Made by a program: the position numbers and the translations under genes
The notes under the pieces: generated by a model
Database searches by the model: none
Told to the model about the DNA's origin: nothing
Seen by the model: only the letters and a program-made list of their open reading frames with translations
From: Tetramitus jugosus
Lineage: Eukaryota > Protista > Heterolobosea
Reading direction: 5' to 3'
Length of the DNA stretch: 64,000 bases
NCBI GenBank assembly: GCA_937625935.1
Contig: OW569376.1
Coordinates: 186,001-250,000 of the forward strand
Shown here: positions 10,538-22,211 of the stretch, piece after piece
Layout: the number at the start of each line of letters is the position of its first letter
Numbering within the stretch: the stretch's first letter is position 1

Positions 10538-13500
10538 ATGGTTTCACCCAACTGTTCAACAACCTCAAGAAGCTGCAACAAACACTTTTCACTCAGTGTT
10601 TTGTTCTTGTTGTGTTGTTGTTTCTTCTTCACTGCTCCCAACTTGTCCTCCTGTACTCCAATAACAACAAAATCACTAACAACAACAAATCATCGTCGTG
10701 ATCAAATAGTGAGCAATAACAATAACAACAATCATACGTTCTCATTGGCATCCTATTGGAACAAAAATGAAGTTCTTGAGGAGAGAATTGCTCTGAATGC
10801 TCCCTATTCTTTCGATGTCCTAGAGGAAGGATACTTTGCACCCATGATGATACATGATGACATACCCAACTCTCCCTACTTTTACTTGTTGTTCACTGAT
10901 AGTGCCGATCCAAGTGCACCTGTCCCAGAAGTGTCCGTACTCAAGGTTCAAATCAGTACGTTTACAATTGTGGAACGATTGAGTTTGATTCATCCCTTTT
11001 TTTACTCTTCTTCGTCACATCGATTCGAGTGTGCCATTATGACATCGACCAAATCTGTGGCTGCCAAGAGACTAGTGTGTGGAAATTCAGTCTTTACGTT
11101 CAGTTTTCGGTTGCAAGGTGATGTGTTGTTTGAACCGTTGATTGATCAAGATATCAATTTTTTGGCAATGGATCACGATGGAGAGTATGGATATGTTGTG
11201 GGTGACGATATTGATGATTTCATATGGATCTTTCGTATTGATCTCGAAACGGGACAAGTCGTGAATCGAAACCGATTTTTATTCAAGGCCTTCTCCATAT
11301 CTGCTCGATTAAAGTGTGAGAAGATGAGTGATGGATCGTGGAGTCCAAACCTGATCTTGTTCAGGACCGATGTGGATACTCGAGAGCTTCAAATGTACCA
11401 TATTTCAAAATCGACACTCAAGTTGGTGAATGGGCCCATTCCGTTGGGAAATACTGATTTCTTAGCTCGGTCACAAGTCCTGCGATTCAATAATGACTAT
11501 TACATTGCACATACGCCCAACACGGATAATCCAAATTTTAACTCTACTATGCTCATTCGCTCCTCAGTGCGCGTCACTAGAATTCGTGTCAATGAATCAA
11601 TGGCGATTACTGATCGAGAGACTGTCACCATTGCTCCTAGTGTTGTTTTCAGTCCGTCTAGCATCAAATACACGCACGTCGTAATGATACCCAAGGGAGA
11701 TACTGGTATTAGTATTTCCGTTGCGTGTCCAGGTAATGTTCTGGTGGCTGTTCAAATCGATCGATACAATTTGTCCATTACCAACACTTTTTTCAACGGT
11801 ACCAGTCCGTATAGAGAAAGCATGATACAGTACTTTGCAATATTATCTGACTCAACAATGATATCGGTCATTGATGAGACTACACGTCAAATAGTGAATA
11901 TGAACACTGTCAGATCACTATCGATCGATCGGATAGCAAAACCAGGAGTACTAACACAGTCAAAGATATGGGAGAAGAAAGATTCGAAAGGACTCGTCTT
12001 ATATTCAATGCTTTTGTTTGGAACGTTCGAAGGAGAACTAATTCTGGTGTCTACATCATATCCTTTTCCATTGTATAAGGTTGTCGCTGTGTCTGACAGT
12101 AAGATTGTTTCTTTTGATATTGATCAGAGCACTGATTCGCTGTATATTGTGTCGGGAAGTCATCAACCCAAAGTCAGAAAGTACAATCTAGCTACAATGG
12201 AGTTCGATAGCTCATTTGCACAGTTGGATATTCAGCAGAGATATCCTGAGAATTTACTATTTTTGAATGATCGAATTTTTGTGACAACTAAAGGTGAGTT
12301 TCACTGCTCCACAGAGATGTAAGCTCCCATGGTCTCTTTATTAACACATTTTTATTGATTATAGAGTCAACAATCATGTTGAATTCGGTAGGAGAATGGA
12401 TCGGAGAGCGCATTTTGCCTGATGTTAAAACGTACAAGGGTGGAGCTGTGAAGTTGGGCAATGACAAAATTGTTTATGGAACAGATATGGGAAGTATGTA
12501 TTCATTACCTTACGTTTTTATGTTTGGTTTGATCATTATTAATCACATTTTTGCGCATAGTCTATCTGATTAACATACCTCGTTCAACCAACGTACCGGA
12601 GGTTTCTCGAGCGATTCAGTCCGAAAAAGCTGTCATCCTTTTTAAGAGCAGTGATGATAATTGTGTTTATTATGCAAGCAACACAGCTGTTAAGAGACTG
12701 GATGTGCGTTCCTTTGCCAGATCCACTGTGATTGATGTGTCTCGTCATTGCCATCCATTGGTCAATCAGATTACTGGTGTTCCTTTTGGTGACAGTAATT
12801 TAGCTTATATTGCATGTCAATCAAAGTCAGCCGAGTACCACAACATATTGTTAGTTAATCTCAAAACAGGGGCAGTTCTCAACGGTACATATGTTAACTT
12901 TTTGACATATAAGATGCAAGTTTTGGATATGTATGAAAAAATTTTACTCGTTTCCAGCTATGGACAAGTGAGAGAAATCTACCCACTAGCATACAATGAT
13001 AATGAGCCAGAAAAGAACTCTAATAGCCCAACAATTAGAATCATCATTATCGCTACAACGAGCTCTGTCGGCGGATTTTTATTACTATGTGTGCTCTCAA
13101 TGTTACTAGTGATGATTGTTGTTGCTTGTCGTAAGCGCAAGAGCAACTGGAAGAAGCTGGTGGATGACAATCCGTGTGATGACATAGAAGTTGGAAACTC
13201 AATAATAATGAATGACAGTGAGTTAACATACCGTAACGAAGAGATTTCCAAGAGACTACTCGAGTCACACACATCATGCGACAATTCAAAGCAATCTGTT
13301 GGTTGCTCCCAAAAACTTTTATCAAAATTGGAGGGACTCAAAATCCCACGTGTGATCTTGGAAGAAATCGAGATGAGTCGTGAGGTTGAATTTGGATCAT
13401 TGATTGGTCTTTGGCGTGGTACATTTATTCATGCAAAGAAGATTCAAAATCGAGTCACTGATTCATTCCTCAATAAGTTAAATCCTATATCCACCATTTC

Positions 13501-14233
13501 TCATCCGAATCTGAACAAGATTGTAGGGTATGCCTTGAGTGACAACAATGATTTTTATGTCGTATCTGAGAGAGAAGATGCCATCAGTTTGTACGATTGG
13601 CTCTATTCCGAAGAGTACCGAGATTATCCGCGCGAGTTCTCACACAAGCGAATGATATTGACCGAAGTTTGTAGAACACTCAATTTTTTGAGTCAACAAC
13701 AACCACCCATCCATCATAACAACATACGTGCTCAAACGATTTTAGTTGAGGAGGACTTGAGCATCAAGTTAATTAATTGGTGTAGTTGCTACAAAGCGTC
13801 AGAAAGTGCACGTAAGATTGCATATGTCGCACCCGAGGTACTCAAACAACCGAATGCATGCTCCTCGAAGAGCGATGTATACAGTATTGGTATTTTAATG
13901 TGGGAGCTGTTCTTCATGTGGAAACCATTTACCCCTCTGCCTGTTCTGGGGACACCTGCTAAACAGACAGACCAAGCGACAAAGTCAAGGATGAATCTGT
14001 TTACGTTGGGCATGTGTGTGATGAATGGAAGCCGGCCGGATCTTCCTGATTTTGCCGAAAGTTCCTCTCTGTTCGCCTGGTACTACAGATGCCACCGTGG
14101 CTCGGAAGAGGATGTACCTGAACCTGTTCTGCGCAATTATTTCTCGCTCATGCAACGGTGTTGGCACGAGAATCCAGAGTTGCGTCCCTCGCTTTTTGAA
14201 CTGCTGGACGCGCTTGATCGTGATTTTGAATAA
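10538..14233 (+). CDS. Single-pass receptor-like TKL pseudokinase (3 exons)
   Basis: Signal-like hydrophobic N-terminus, large beta-rich ectodomain, TM helix, kinase fold with YVAPE/SDVYSIG/CW..RPS but HNN for HRD and no DFG; frame-consistent introns 12294-12364 and 12494-12560. Confidence 0.8.
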
Positions 14234-14629
14234 TTTTACTCCGACTGACAGTTGACAAATTGCGTCGTTCCAACTTTGGCCATAACGCTTTATTTGGTCA
14301 CATCTCACCGACCACATTTACCAGGATAATTTACTTGGTGACCGCGGTCGATAGGAAACCAAACATCCAATTCTCCACACTCCAAATACCACAGGTATCC
14401 TCCGACGGATAACAATCCTTTGGGGCCCCAATTCATAGACGGTTGGTCTCCTCACACAGGGAACGAGAAACTAACCTAGGGAAATCGCCATACTGGCCAC
14501 ACACCGCCCGCACCACAAGCACACAACAGTCAATTTTCTCAAATCGAATCCACTCTTAGAAGAAGAAACCAAAACAACAAAGAAAGAAATTGAACCTCTG
14601 AGTGAACAGCTTTGTCGACAGCATCATCA

Positions 14630-16138
14630 ATGGCCTCTCACTCTACAGCTATAACACTTGAAACAGTGCTAGATGACTATGAGAGCACCCTCTTTTTAGA
14701 ACGATATCTTTCGTTGACGCGCAACGTCGAACCTCTGCACTTTATTCAACAAGTAAATGATTATTCGTCACTGCACTCTCACCACAACCGATACGTCAAG
14801 GCACGAGAGATGATTGATGGCTATGTTCGGAGTCAATCGAAATCTGAGCTAAACATTGCCTCAGATGTGCGTCAAGAGATTATTCAATTGTTTGACACCA
14901 AGTGTTCACTCTATTACTGTCCAAAGTTGTTGTTTGATCGATGTGTAGGTCTTGTGATGCTAGAGCTAAAGGAGGACGTTTGGCCTCGCTTCATCAAATC
15001 GTTGGAATACCGCCAATGGTACGAAGGGGTGTACGGCTCTACGACGGAGCTCGAGGTCGAGGCAGTGCCCAACGCCGGAGAAATTAGCTCACCCACCAAC
15101 CAAACAATTACGAGTGATGGAGGAGGTGGTGAGTTCAATGTTCATTCGGAAGAGACTGGTTCGGATGAGTGCCTCGACCGTATCACATTTTCTACTGCTT
15201 CAGCAGCAGCTTACTTGAAGCCTGATGACAATGAAAATAATTATGGCCTACTGAGCAGTGCGGAGACGTTGGATGCTCAGTTGAATCTGGTCAAGGAGTG
15301 GAGCTTTGGAACGACACTGAGAGGTGAAGAATTAAAGCTCACACAAAAAACGAGTCAATACGAGTGTTATGTGACCAAGAGAGGTGTCAAGTTCAACGAA
15401 GAGGACAAGGCTCTCAAAATGTGGAAACTTCGGTTGAATCTCAATCATTCCATTGACACTGTGTTTCGGTCTGCTGTCATGGCATCGCTTCGAAATGCCA
15501 ACGACGGTAACTTGTATGAATCGTATCAAGTTGATAGCTATCAAAGTTATGATCCTAGGTATGCGATTACTGTGACACGTGAACTGTATCGATTCGGTTA
15601 TGGATTCACTGATAGGGACGCAGTGTTTGCTCACACGGCGCGTGAAGAGGTGAACGAGAAGGGACGTCGCCGCATTATTATTGTTTCTCGTGGAATAAAG
15701 CATGAGAAAGAACCAGTGTACAGTCGTGCGTGCGTATCGCAGATGGCGAAGCAAGGTGGCAGGAACACGAGTAGTGGCTCGAGTAAATTGAAGCGATTTA
15801 TTCGATTAGAAGTGATTGCGACAAGAATATTCGAAGAGGTTGAAGACAATAGGACATATTATTATGAGACGGGTTACATGGACATGAAGGGTAATGTTCC
15901 TGCATTCCTGTGGAACATTTTGGTTGGTAAGAGAGGTGCTACGTTGTACGCTGGAGTGAGTCGCTCTTGTAAACAGTTTGAAAAGATGATTAAGGAGAAT
16001 CCAAACATGGAAGTGGATTCACTGGGCACGATACAAATTGTGGAGCATAATCGAAAGTACATGGCGAACCTAAAGAAACAAAAAGAGGAAGCAGAACAAG
16101 AACTCTTTTGTCAGCACAAGAGAACTTATGTCCAGTGA
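14630..16138 (+). CDS. RGS domain + START-like lipid-binding domain protein
   Basis: N-terminal RGS (LETVL..FLERYL..NVEPLHF..ELNI..LF..LKEDVWPRF); C-terminal START-like segment (TDRDAV..RIIIVSRGI..DMKGNVPAFLWN). Confidence 0.75.
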   Translation: MASHSTAITLETVLDDYESTLFLERYLSLTRNVEPLHFIQQVNDYSSLHSHHNRYVKAREMIDGYVRSQSKSELNIASDVRQEIIQLFDTKCSLYYCPKLLFDRCVGLVMLELKEDVWPRFIKSLEYRQWYEGVYGSTTELEVEAVPNAGEISSPTNQTITSDGGGGEFNVHSEETGSDECLDRITFSTASAAAYLKPDDNENNYGLLSSAETLDAQLNLVKEWSFGTTLRGEELKLTQKTSQYECYVTKRGVKFNEEDKALKMWKLRLNLNHSIDTVFRSAVMASLRNANDGNLYESYQVDSYQSYDPRYAITVTRELYRFGYGFTDRDAVFAHTAREEVNEKGRRRIIIVSRGIKHEKEPVYSRACVSQMAKQGGRNTSSGSSKLKRFIRLEVIATRIFEEVEDNRTYYYETGYMDMKGNVPAFLWNILVGKRGATLYAGVSRSCKQFEKMIKENPNMEVDSLGTIQIVEHNRKYMANLKKQKEEAEQELFCQHKRTYVQ

Positions 16139-16150
16139 GAAAATTGTAGT

Positions 16151-17005
16151 TTATTGCGCGGTTATTTCTTGCAATTCAGGTCTCTTATTGTTTGGGTTGA
16201 CCCAAACTTCATTGAAACCTCCATGACCAAACTTTTCCAAGTAAATAAAGCCTTGCTCTCGTAACAATTGACGACATTGTTCGTCCTTTTCTTTTGCTCC
16301 CTCTCTTCCGTTCAATTCAATCAAAATGGCATAGACAGGAACGGAGTCGAACGGATAGGTGGCCAACACTTCATACTCTGCACCCTCAACATCGACTGAG
16401 AAAAAGTCCACTCTCTTCAAGTTGGCTGCTTCCACATACTTTCGAATGGGACTGCATTCAAGCTTCCAAGTCTTCCCATCTTTCCAAATTCTCTGATGAA
16501 TAGGGTCCAATGTATCCTTCCTACCTGCCATCGCTCCATGGCCAACCATCTCAATCGTTCTTTCTTGAACACACACTGCTCCTTGAATTGTAAAAACCTT
16601 GGGTCGATTGAGTTGAAGCTTAGCAAAAGTGTCTGGGTGAGGTTCAATCAACAAACCGGTCCAACCCAATGAATCCTCATAGAATTTGGAGTTGGAGAAT
16701 TTCAGGCCATCAAAAGCTCCAATCTCAATAAATGTACCGTGATGCAACGGAGTTCCATCCTTCTGCAGAAAGTACTTTAGCATCATTTGATCTTCCTTAC
16801 CTTGCCCATAAAAAATGTACTGCTCCTTTGTTCCAATGTCTTCTTTCAACAAAAGGTTCTCGACTAACAATTCATCGCAACTGATTGGATGTTTCTCAGA
16901 CACCATCGTAGTCGTAATGATTAGATAGTAACCAATCAGAATGGCGATCACAAAGAAAACCAAGAGTTTGAATCGGGAGGTGGGCATCTCATAAAATCGT
17001 TTCAT
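16151..17005 (-). CDS. FkbM-family (Methyltransf_21) methyltransferase, type II membrane
   Basis: TM anchor; GTFIEIGAFDG..SNS..GWTGLLIEP, DFFSVDVEGAEYEVL. Confidence 0.85.
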   Translation of the reverse strand: MKRFYEMPTSRFKLLVFFVIAILIGYYLIITTTMVSEKHPISCDELLVENLLLKEDIGTKEQYIFYGQGKEDQMMLKYFLQKDGTPLHHGTFIEIGAFDGLKFSNSKFYEDSLGWTGLLIEPHPDTFAKLQLNRPKVFTIQGAVCVQERTIEMVGHGAMAGRKDTLDPIHQRIWKDGKTWKLECSPIRKYVEAANLKRVDFFSVDVEGAEYEVLATYPFDSVPVYAILIELNGREGAKEKDEQCRQLLREQGFIYLEKFGHGGFNEVWVNPNNKRPELQEITAQ

Positions 17006-17344
17006 TTGTCTATGGTTATGGGAAAAGAGAGAAACATCGAGAGTGTATCTCCCCTTTTGATCTTCAATCTTGGGATGAAATCATTCCCTGACAGAGCTCA
17101 AAGCATGCGTCAACTTCAGTTATCATGTGGGTGGTGCTTCTAAAATAGTTGTCAATATAATGACAATATTGTAAACCCTTCTTTTTTTTGGCCAACCAAA
17201 ACGATTTTGTGATGGACTGTTGGCGACCTAAACATTGGCACTCATGGATAAATCTGTCGAACCATCATGAGGAATGTGTTGGTATTTAGAAGATAATCCC
17301 TTTCACTCCTGTCACTTCTCTTTGGTCAAAAACAAGAGAGGATC

Positions 17345-18541
17345 ATGAAAGCGTTAGATGTTAGAATTTTCATCGTCATTCTTGTTGCTGTTTGGATGAT
17401 ATTCTCGATCACAGTGTTATTCAATCGTTCACCCGATATCATAATGCACCGTCTTTGGTCACATGAGACATGTTTGGAGCTGGAAAACACGGAAGAGTGT
17501 TTCAAAGTGTATCCCAGTGCTTTTAACCTGCACAAGAACTATGAATACGTTCGGGAGGAAGATGGAATCCCAGCGTCATTACATCAATTTTCGGTTGTGT
17601 TGAGCTCTCAAGCATCTCTCAATAGATTGTTTCGTATTCGCTCACTATTGATGAACGAAGTTCCAGACATGATCAAGCAGTCCAACATCTCAAAGGCCAA
17701 TGTTTTCTTGTCCATTACCGTGTACACTCAGAACTTTGAAGAAGATTGGTTGACACTTAACGATGCCATCTATGCCAATCAAACAGTTTGTCCAGATAAA
17801 CGATGGTGTTACTCCAACTTCCATATTCACATGGTTTACAAGGAACAATTTTTGCCCTATCCCATCAACTTCCTTCGGAACATTGGATTCCAATACTCGG
17901 AAGCAAAGTGGATGATGCTCTATGATATTGACTTCATTTTGAGTTCTTCATTGATTGAGGATCTCAAAAATGCAACTATGTCCAAGGAGTCTGAAGAAAA
18001 GATGTTCATTGTTCCAGCATTTGAATTCCATTCAAAAAGGAGCGAATGCACAGACAAAGAGGCCAAGAATCTAAAAATTAACTGCAAACATGGTATTCCT
18101 TCAATGAAGACAGATTTGCACAGAGCTTATGACAAAAAGTTTGTTGGGATCTTCCATGCACTACGCTATCTCAATCTCGAGAAGTCTGGTCACGGACCAA
18201 CAAACTATACTCATTGGTTTTCGACATCTGAAGAGTATCGCGCGGGCCATAGCCACTATTATGAGCCTTACGTCTTTTTCTCTCGAAATTCATATTTAGC
18301 AAAGTATTCTGATGGTAAGTTGTGTCACGAAGGATTTTACAATAGAGGATACAACAAGATTGTGTGTTATGCAAAGTTGAAACATCACTTGAAATTAGAA
18401 CCGTTGGTCTTACCTCATAGTTTTATGATACATTTCAACGAGCCAACTAACAAGCCAAAGAAGTACCTGAGTCGCATGACAGCTCCTAAACTACTTTATG
18501 CCAAAGTGTTGAGAACTTTCCGACAAAAACTAAAGAAGTAA
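17345..18541 (+). CDS. GT49-like glycosyltransferase (LARGE/B4GAT1 family)
   Basis: TM anchor; YPINFLRN, DIDF (DxD), FIVPAFE, YEPY, GYNK motifs. Confidence 0.8.
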   Translation: MKALDVRIFIVILVAVWMIFSITVLFNRSPDIIMHRLWSHETCLELENTEECFKVYPSAFNLHKNYEYVREEDGIPASLHQFSVVLSSQASLNRLFRIRSLLMNEVPDMIKQSNISKANVFLSITVYTQNFEEDWLTLNDAIYANQTVCPDKRWCYSNFHIHMVYKEQFLPYPINFLRNIGFQYSEAKWMMLYDIDFILSSSLIEDLKNATMSKESEEKMFIVPAFEFHSKRSECTDKEAKNLKINCKHGIPSMKTDLHRAYDKKFVGIFHALRYLNLEKSGHGPTNYTHWFSTSEEYRAGHSHYYEPYVFFSRNSYLAKYSDGKLCHEGFYNRGYNKIVCYAKLKHHLKLEPLVLPHSFMIHFNEPTNKPKKYLSRMTAPKLLYAKVLRTFRQKLKK

Positions 18542-19117
18542 TTCATCCTCCACAATACCAGTGACTTCGTCTGAAGGAAGAACTGCCTTACATCAACGAA
18601 ACCATTGATTCATAACAGTAATTACTGCGCAGCAAAACAAGTTCGAACCAAGATTTGTGTTAATAAGCGGTCGAACTTTCCATTGACGACTTTCAGCGTT
18701 CGTACCCACATGTATAATCCAAGAACACTCATTTCTAGTTCATGGTTTTTCACCGTATGTCTTGCCAATAGGGTGTTGTCAGTAGAGGTGAATAAAAAAA
18801 ACCCTTGCAGTTCATTGATTGTAAAGATATCCTTTCGCGAAATTCAAGTCTTTTGCTGTTAAACACCAGAAGGAATTCGAGGGAAGATAATCCGTCGTTT
18901 CTTTTTTGGTCCAACGGAAACTGGAGGGTTGATTTCGATGAATCGAAACTGATTCCTCCGCGAACCATTATTATTGTGGTTAGAGACACACCAATACTGC
19001 TCGTTAGTTACCTATTCTTATTCTTGCACAGGGAGGCAACACAAAAGTTATAGTTTTCACAACAACAACCCCAATTCACACCAACATTCCCTAACAACAA
19101 CAACAACCACCACCACT

Positions 19118-20083
19118 ATGAAGATTACTTCCACACAGCCAAGACAACGGACCTTTCTATGGTTCCTCATCATTAGTCTCATTCTGTTCTCTTCGCTAAC
19201 AGTTGTCTTGTTTCGTCACCCCAAGATGTCATCTACAAAACAACAAGTTCACAGTAGGGACTCATTGAAAAATCAAGGAACGATGAACAATGGTGATTAT
19301 GCTCACTATGTCGACGAAGATGATGTCGACCAAGAACCACAACTAGTTCAGAACAATCCAGTTCATTTGTTGACACAAAACAAGGCATTGTCCTTCCCCA
19401 TTAAAACCTGTTCTCCACTAAAGCAATACATTGGTCGAAAAGAGTATGGTGGTTGGATGATGTGCCCCTTGGGATTAAACTCGGAATCGATCGTCTACAG
19501 TTTTGGTGTCGGAGAAAATGCAGAGTATGATCAGGAGATGATTCAAAGATTTGGTCTCAAGAAGTTGTATGCGTTTGATCCAACTCCCAAAGCGATTGAC
19601 TATGTCAAGAGATCAAAGGAAAAGAGAAAGCTAAGTGAAAGATTTGAGCTCTATCCAATTGCTCTGACCAGTGATCCTCAACAAACCAGTACTCAATTCT
19701 TCCTGCCCAAGAACAAGGATCATGTGAGTGGAACGGCAATCAAGGGAGTGAGTCACGTAGAAGAGACGGAGCCAGTGACTGTACAGACGATGGACCTGCT
19801 CAGAATCATGAAGATGTTGGGTCATGACCACATTGATTTGCTAAAGTTGGATGTAGAGGGCTCAGAGTTTGAAATTTTTGAGAAATTTTTGTCAGATCCA
19901 TCAAAGTTCCAGTACTGTAATCAAATTTTGGTAGAGCAGCATGCACGGTTCTTTGCATCAGAGCCTACAAAGCAAAAAGAGATTGTTGATCGAATGGTTG
20001 AGTTGTTCCGTACGAATGGTTTTGAAGTGTTGCACATTGAAAAAGGACAAGAGTACTCTTTTGTGAGAGAAGTTCGTAACTAA
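19118..20083 (+). CDS. FkbM/METTL24-like methyltransferase, type II membrane
   Basis: TM anchor; YGGW, IVYSFGVG, AFDPTP, IDLLKLDVEGSEF, QILVEQH. Confidence 0.8.
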   Translation: MKITSTQPRQRTFLWFLIISLILFSSLTVVLFRHPKMSSTKQQVHSRDSLKNQGTMNNGDYAHYVDEDDVDQEPQLVQNNPVHLLTQNKALSFPIKTCSPLKQYIGRKEYGGWMMCPLGLNSESIVYSFGVGENAEYDQEMIQRFGLKKLYAFDPTPKAIDYVKRSKEKRKLSERFELYPIALTSDPQQTSTQFFLPKNKDHVSGTAIKGVSHVEETEPVTVQTMDLLRIMKMLGHDHIDLLKLDVEGSEFEIFEKFLSDPSKFQYCNQILVEQHARFFASEPTKQKEIVDRMVELFRTNGFEVLHIEKGQEYSFVREVRN

Positions 20084-21030
20084 ACTGAATTTTTAATGTT
20101 GTATTTATTGATTGTTTTGGTGAATTACAAAACTTGGTTATTGCTACTTGAACGAATGTGTCAATTTGTTGAGGGTTATTTTCGCGAGTTTAAGGCAACA
20201 AAACACAATTGAACGCTCGTAAACAAGAGAAGTATTTGGGACAGAAGCACTATCAGTACAAACTAGGGAAAGAACTTGAATAACAATGAGAGGATGCATT
20301 CACAGATGAGTTTGGTGGACGAAACTTAAAATGACGATTAAAACAGGAAGTAAGAATTCTGAGTGGTTAACATTGATACAACATTGAATGACCGAAGAAA
20401 ATGCAACATAACATCTGCAGACAGAAAATGAATAGATGGGTCAGAAAGGGAGATACTCAACGGCATTGTGTCACTGTGGAAGAAAATGATACATGTCGAG
20501 AGAGCTTGCGAGCTCAAAAAACACATATGAGCTAGTGTTACATACCCCTCAACGCACCTAGAATTTCTTTGGTTGTGTACAGTGTAATCTCGAGTGATTC
20601 ATTGCTGAGTTGAATTTGTAGGAGTGGTTATAAAAGTGCTGAACCGAACCAAAGTGTCACATAAGCGTTACAACATCAACGAACAACTTCAAAACATCCA
20701 ATACAACTCTCAAGCAAGTTTGTATCATCTTTTACCAACATGATCATCATTCATGTTTCACCAGAAGTTATCAATCCAATTCAATTGCTCGATGTGGAGT
20801 CTACAAAAAACTGAACTCGAGCGTATCCTACCTCTCCGACCACTTCAACAACAAGTGATCAAAAGAGCTAGGATGTCATGATGGAGATATGAACCTCGAA
20901 TCAAATGGCAATACGGTGGGAAACGCAATCAATTTCCAACGCAGAAAATTTCTCAAATAATCGAAAAAACTGGACATGTCGAAAATGATTGGTGTCGATT
21001 GGCAATGGGAACTTTCCAAATGGTTCTTCT

Positions 21031-22119
21031 TTATTCTGATTGAATGTACGGGACCGAAGTTTGAGCTCCTGATATAATATTGAACCCTCTGCCATGAGTT
21101 TGACAACGTACAATGTGCTCTAATCTCTTTGGGTTCTGTTCCAAGTTAGTAGAGCTCGTCCATGCATCCAACACTCGGTGCGAGTCATACATCCTATTTG
21201 AAATATCCGTTCGTTTCTTCGTTCGAAACAACTTATCCTGAGCAAACTCAAGATGAGCATTATGGAGTATTGTTCCTGCATTAGAAGCAGTTAAGCTTCC
21301 CAATCGCTCTTTTCTCTTGTTGCGCACGTTGGTTCGGATCGCCTGCAAACTCATGTTTTGCTCCTGCATATCTTGATAAATTGGAGAATCGTGAGGCTCT
21401 TCGATAGTACCACCTAGCAGAATTCCCGTCCGGTAGCCATTCTTGAGATGTTTCTCCAACTTTATCTTCTTGGACAGGGCCTCTCGCATGGACTTGTCAT
21501 ATCTCTGCTCCGAGAGTTCATCTTCAGCAGCTGCTCTTCTCTGATACGGAAGGAGAACAAACTGGTTGTCCACCGATTTCTCAGACTTCTTCCTCTGGAC
21601 AAACTTTGCTGCCGGAGGAAGAACCGTGGAGCTAAAGAGCCCTCCTCTATCCATCATGTACCTTCCACCCTCCGGTGCTGTGATCATTCTTTTGTACTGC
21701 TCAGCAGCATCGGCGATTGACGGGCTCAGCTTTGCTCTCCATAAATCATCGGTAGACATTTTAATCGATGGTTTGTTGAAGAGCATATAATCATTGGCGA
21801 CGCTCGATTTCGAAGAACCATCAAGGATGGGAGATTTATCTTTCCCACTATTAGAAGCAAATGTAGCAGTTAAATGAGGTGATTGATTCACAGACGTTGG
21901 AGTAGTCATGAATTCCCTAAAATCATGTCTCTTCAGAGAAGAGTTGAGTTGAGAGGATGCTGAGCAATAATGAAGCGATTTGTTCGATAATACATCATGA
22001 TTCCGGTTGGAACGAACGGAAGACGATATCCGAAGAGTATTGACTTCATGTGGCTGTTGAGTTCCATATCTATTTCTTTGCAAAAACTGATCCAGATCAC
22101 GAGGATTGCTGCTACACAT
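21031..22119 (-). CDS. Hypothetical protein
   Basis: ~360-aa ORF with natural composition; no family recognised; start uncertain. Confidence 0.6.
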   Translation of the reverse strand: MCSSNPRDLDQFLQRNRYGTQQPHEVNTLRISSSVRSNRNHDVLSNKSLHYCSASSQLNSSLKRHDFREFMTTPTSVNQSPHLTATFASNSGKDKSPILDGSSKSSVANDYMLFNKPSIKMSTDDLWRAKLSPSIADAAEQYKRMITAPEGGRYMMDRGGLFSSTVLPPAAKFVQRKKSEKSVDNQFVLLPYQRRAAAEDELSEQRYDKSMREALSKKIKLEKHLKNGYRTGILLGGTIEEPHDSPIYQDMQEQNMSLQAIRTNVRNKRKERLGSLTASNAGTILHNAHLEFAQDKLFRTKKRTDISNRMYDSHRVLDAWTSSTNLEQNPKRLEHIVRCQTHGRGFNIISGAQTSVPYIQSE

Positions 22120-22211
22120 GAAGAACACTGGTAATTTTGCTGTACACTGACTTTCGGGAAAATGATGTCAACGACTCCATGATAGATTTTAGATGAGCTA
22201 GCTACAAAGTC

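Noticed and set aside
14499-14510. ACACACCGCCCG matches a universally conserved SSU rRNA segment; nearby palindromes (GACCGCGGTC, TTGGGGCCCCAA)
   Set aside because: Only 12 nt match, the flanks are not rRNA-like, and no C/D boxes flank the antisense strand; I could not fit RNase P/MRP or SRP motifs. An Rfam scan would settle it.
20084-21030. ~950-bp gap, long for this genome
   Set aside because: No convincing ORF, repeat or RNA structure found by eye.
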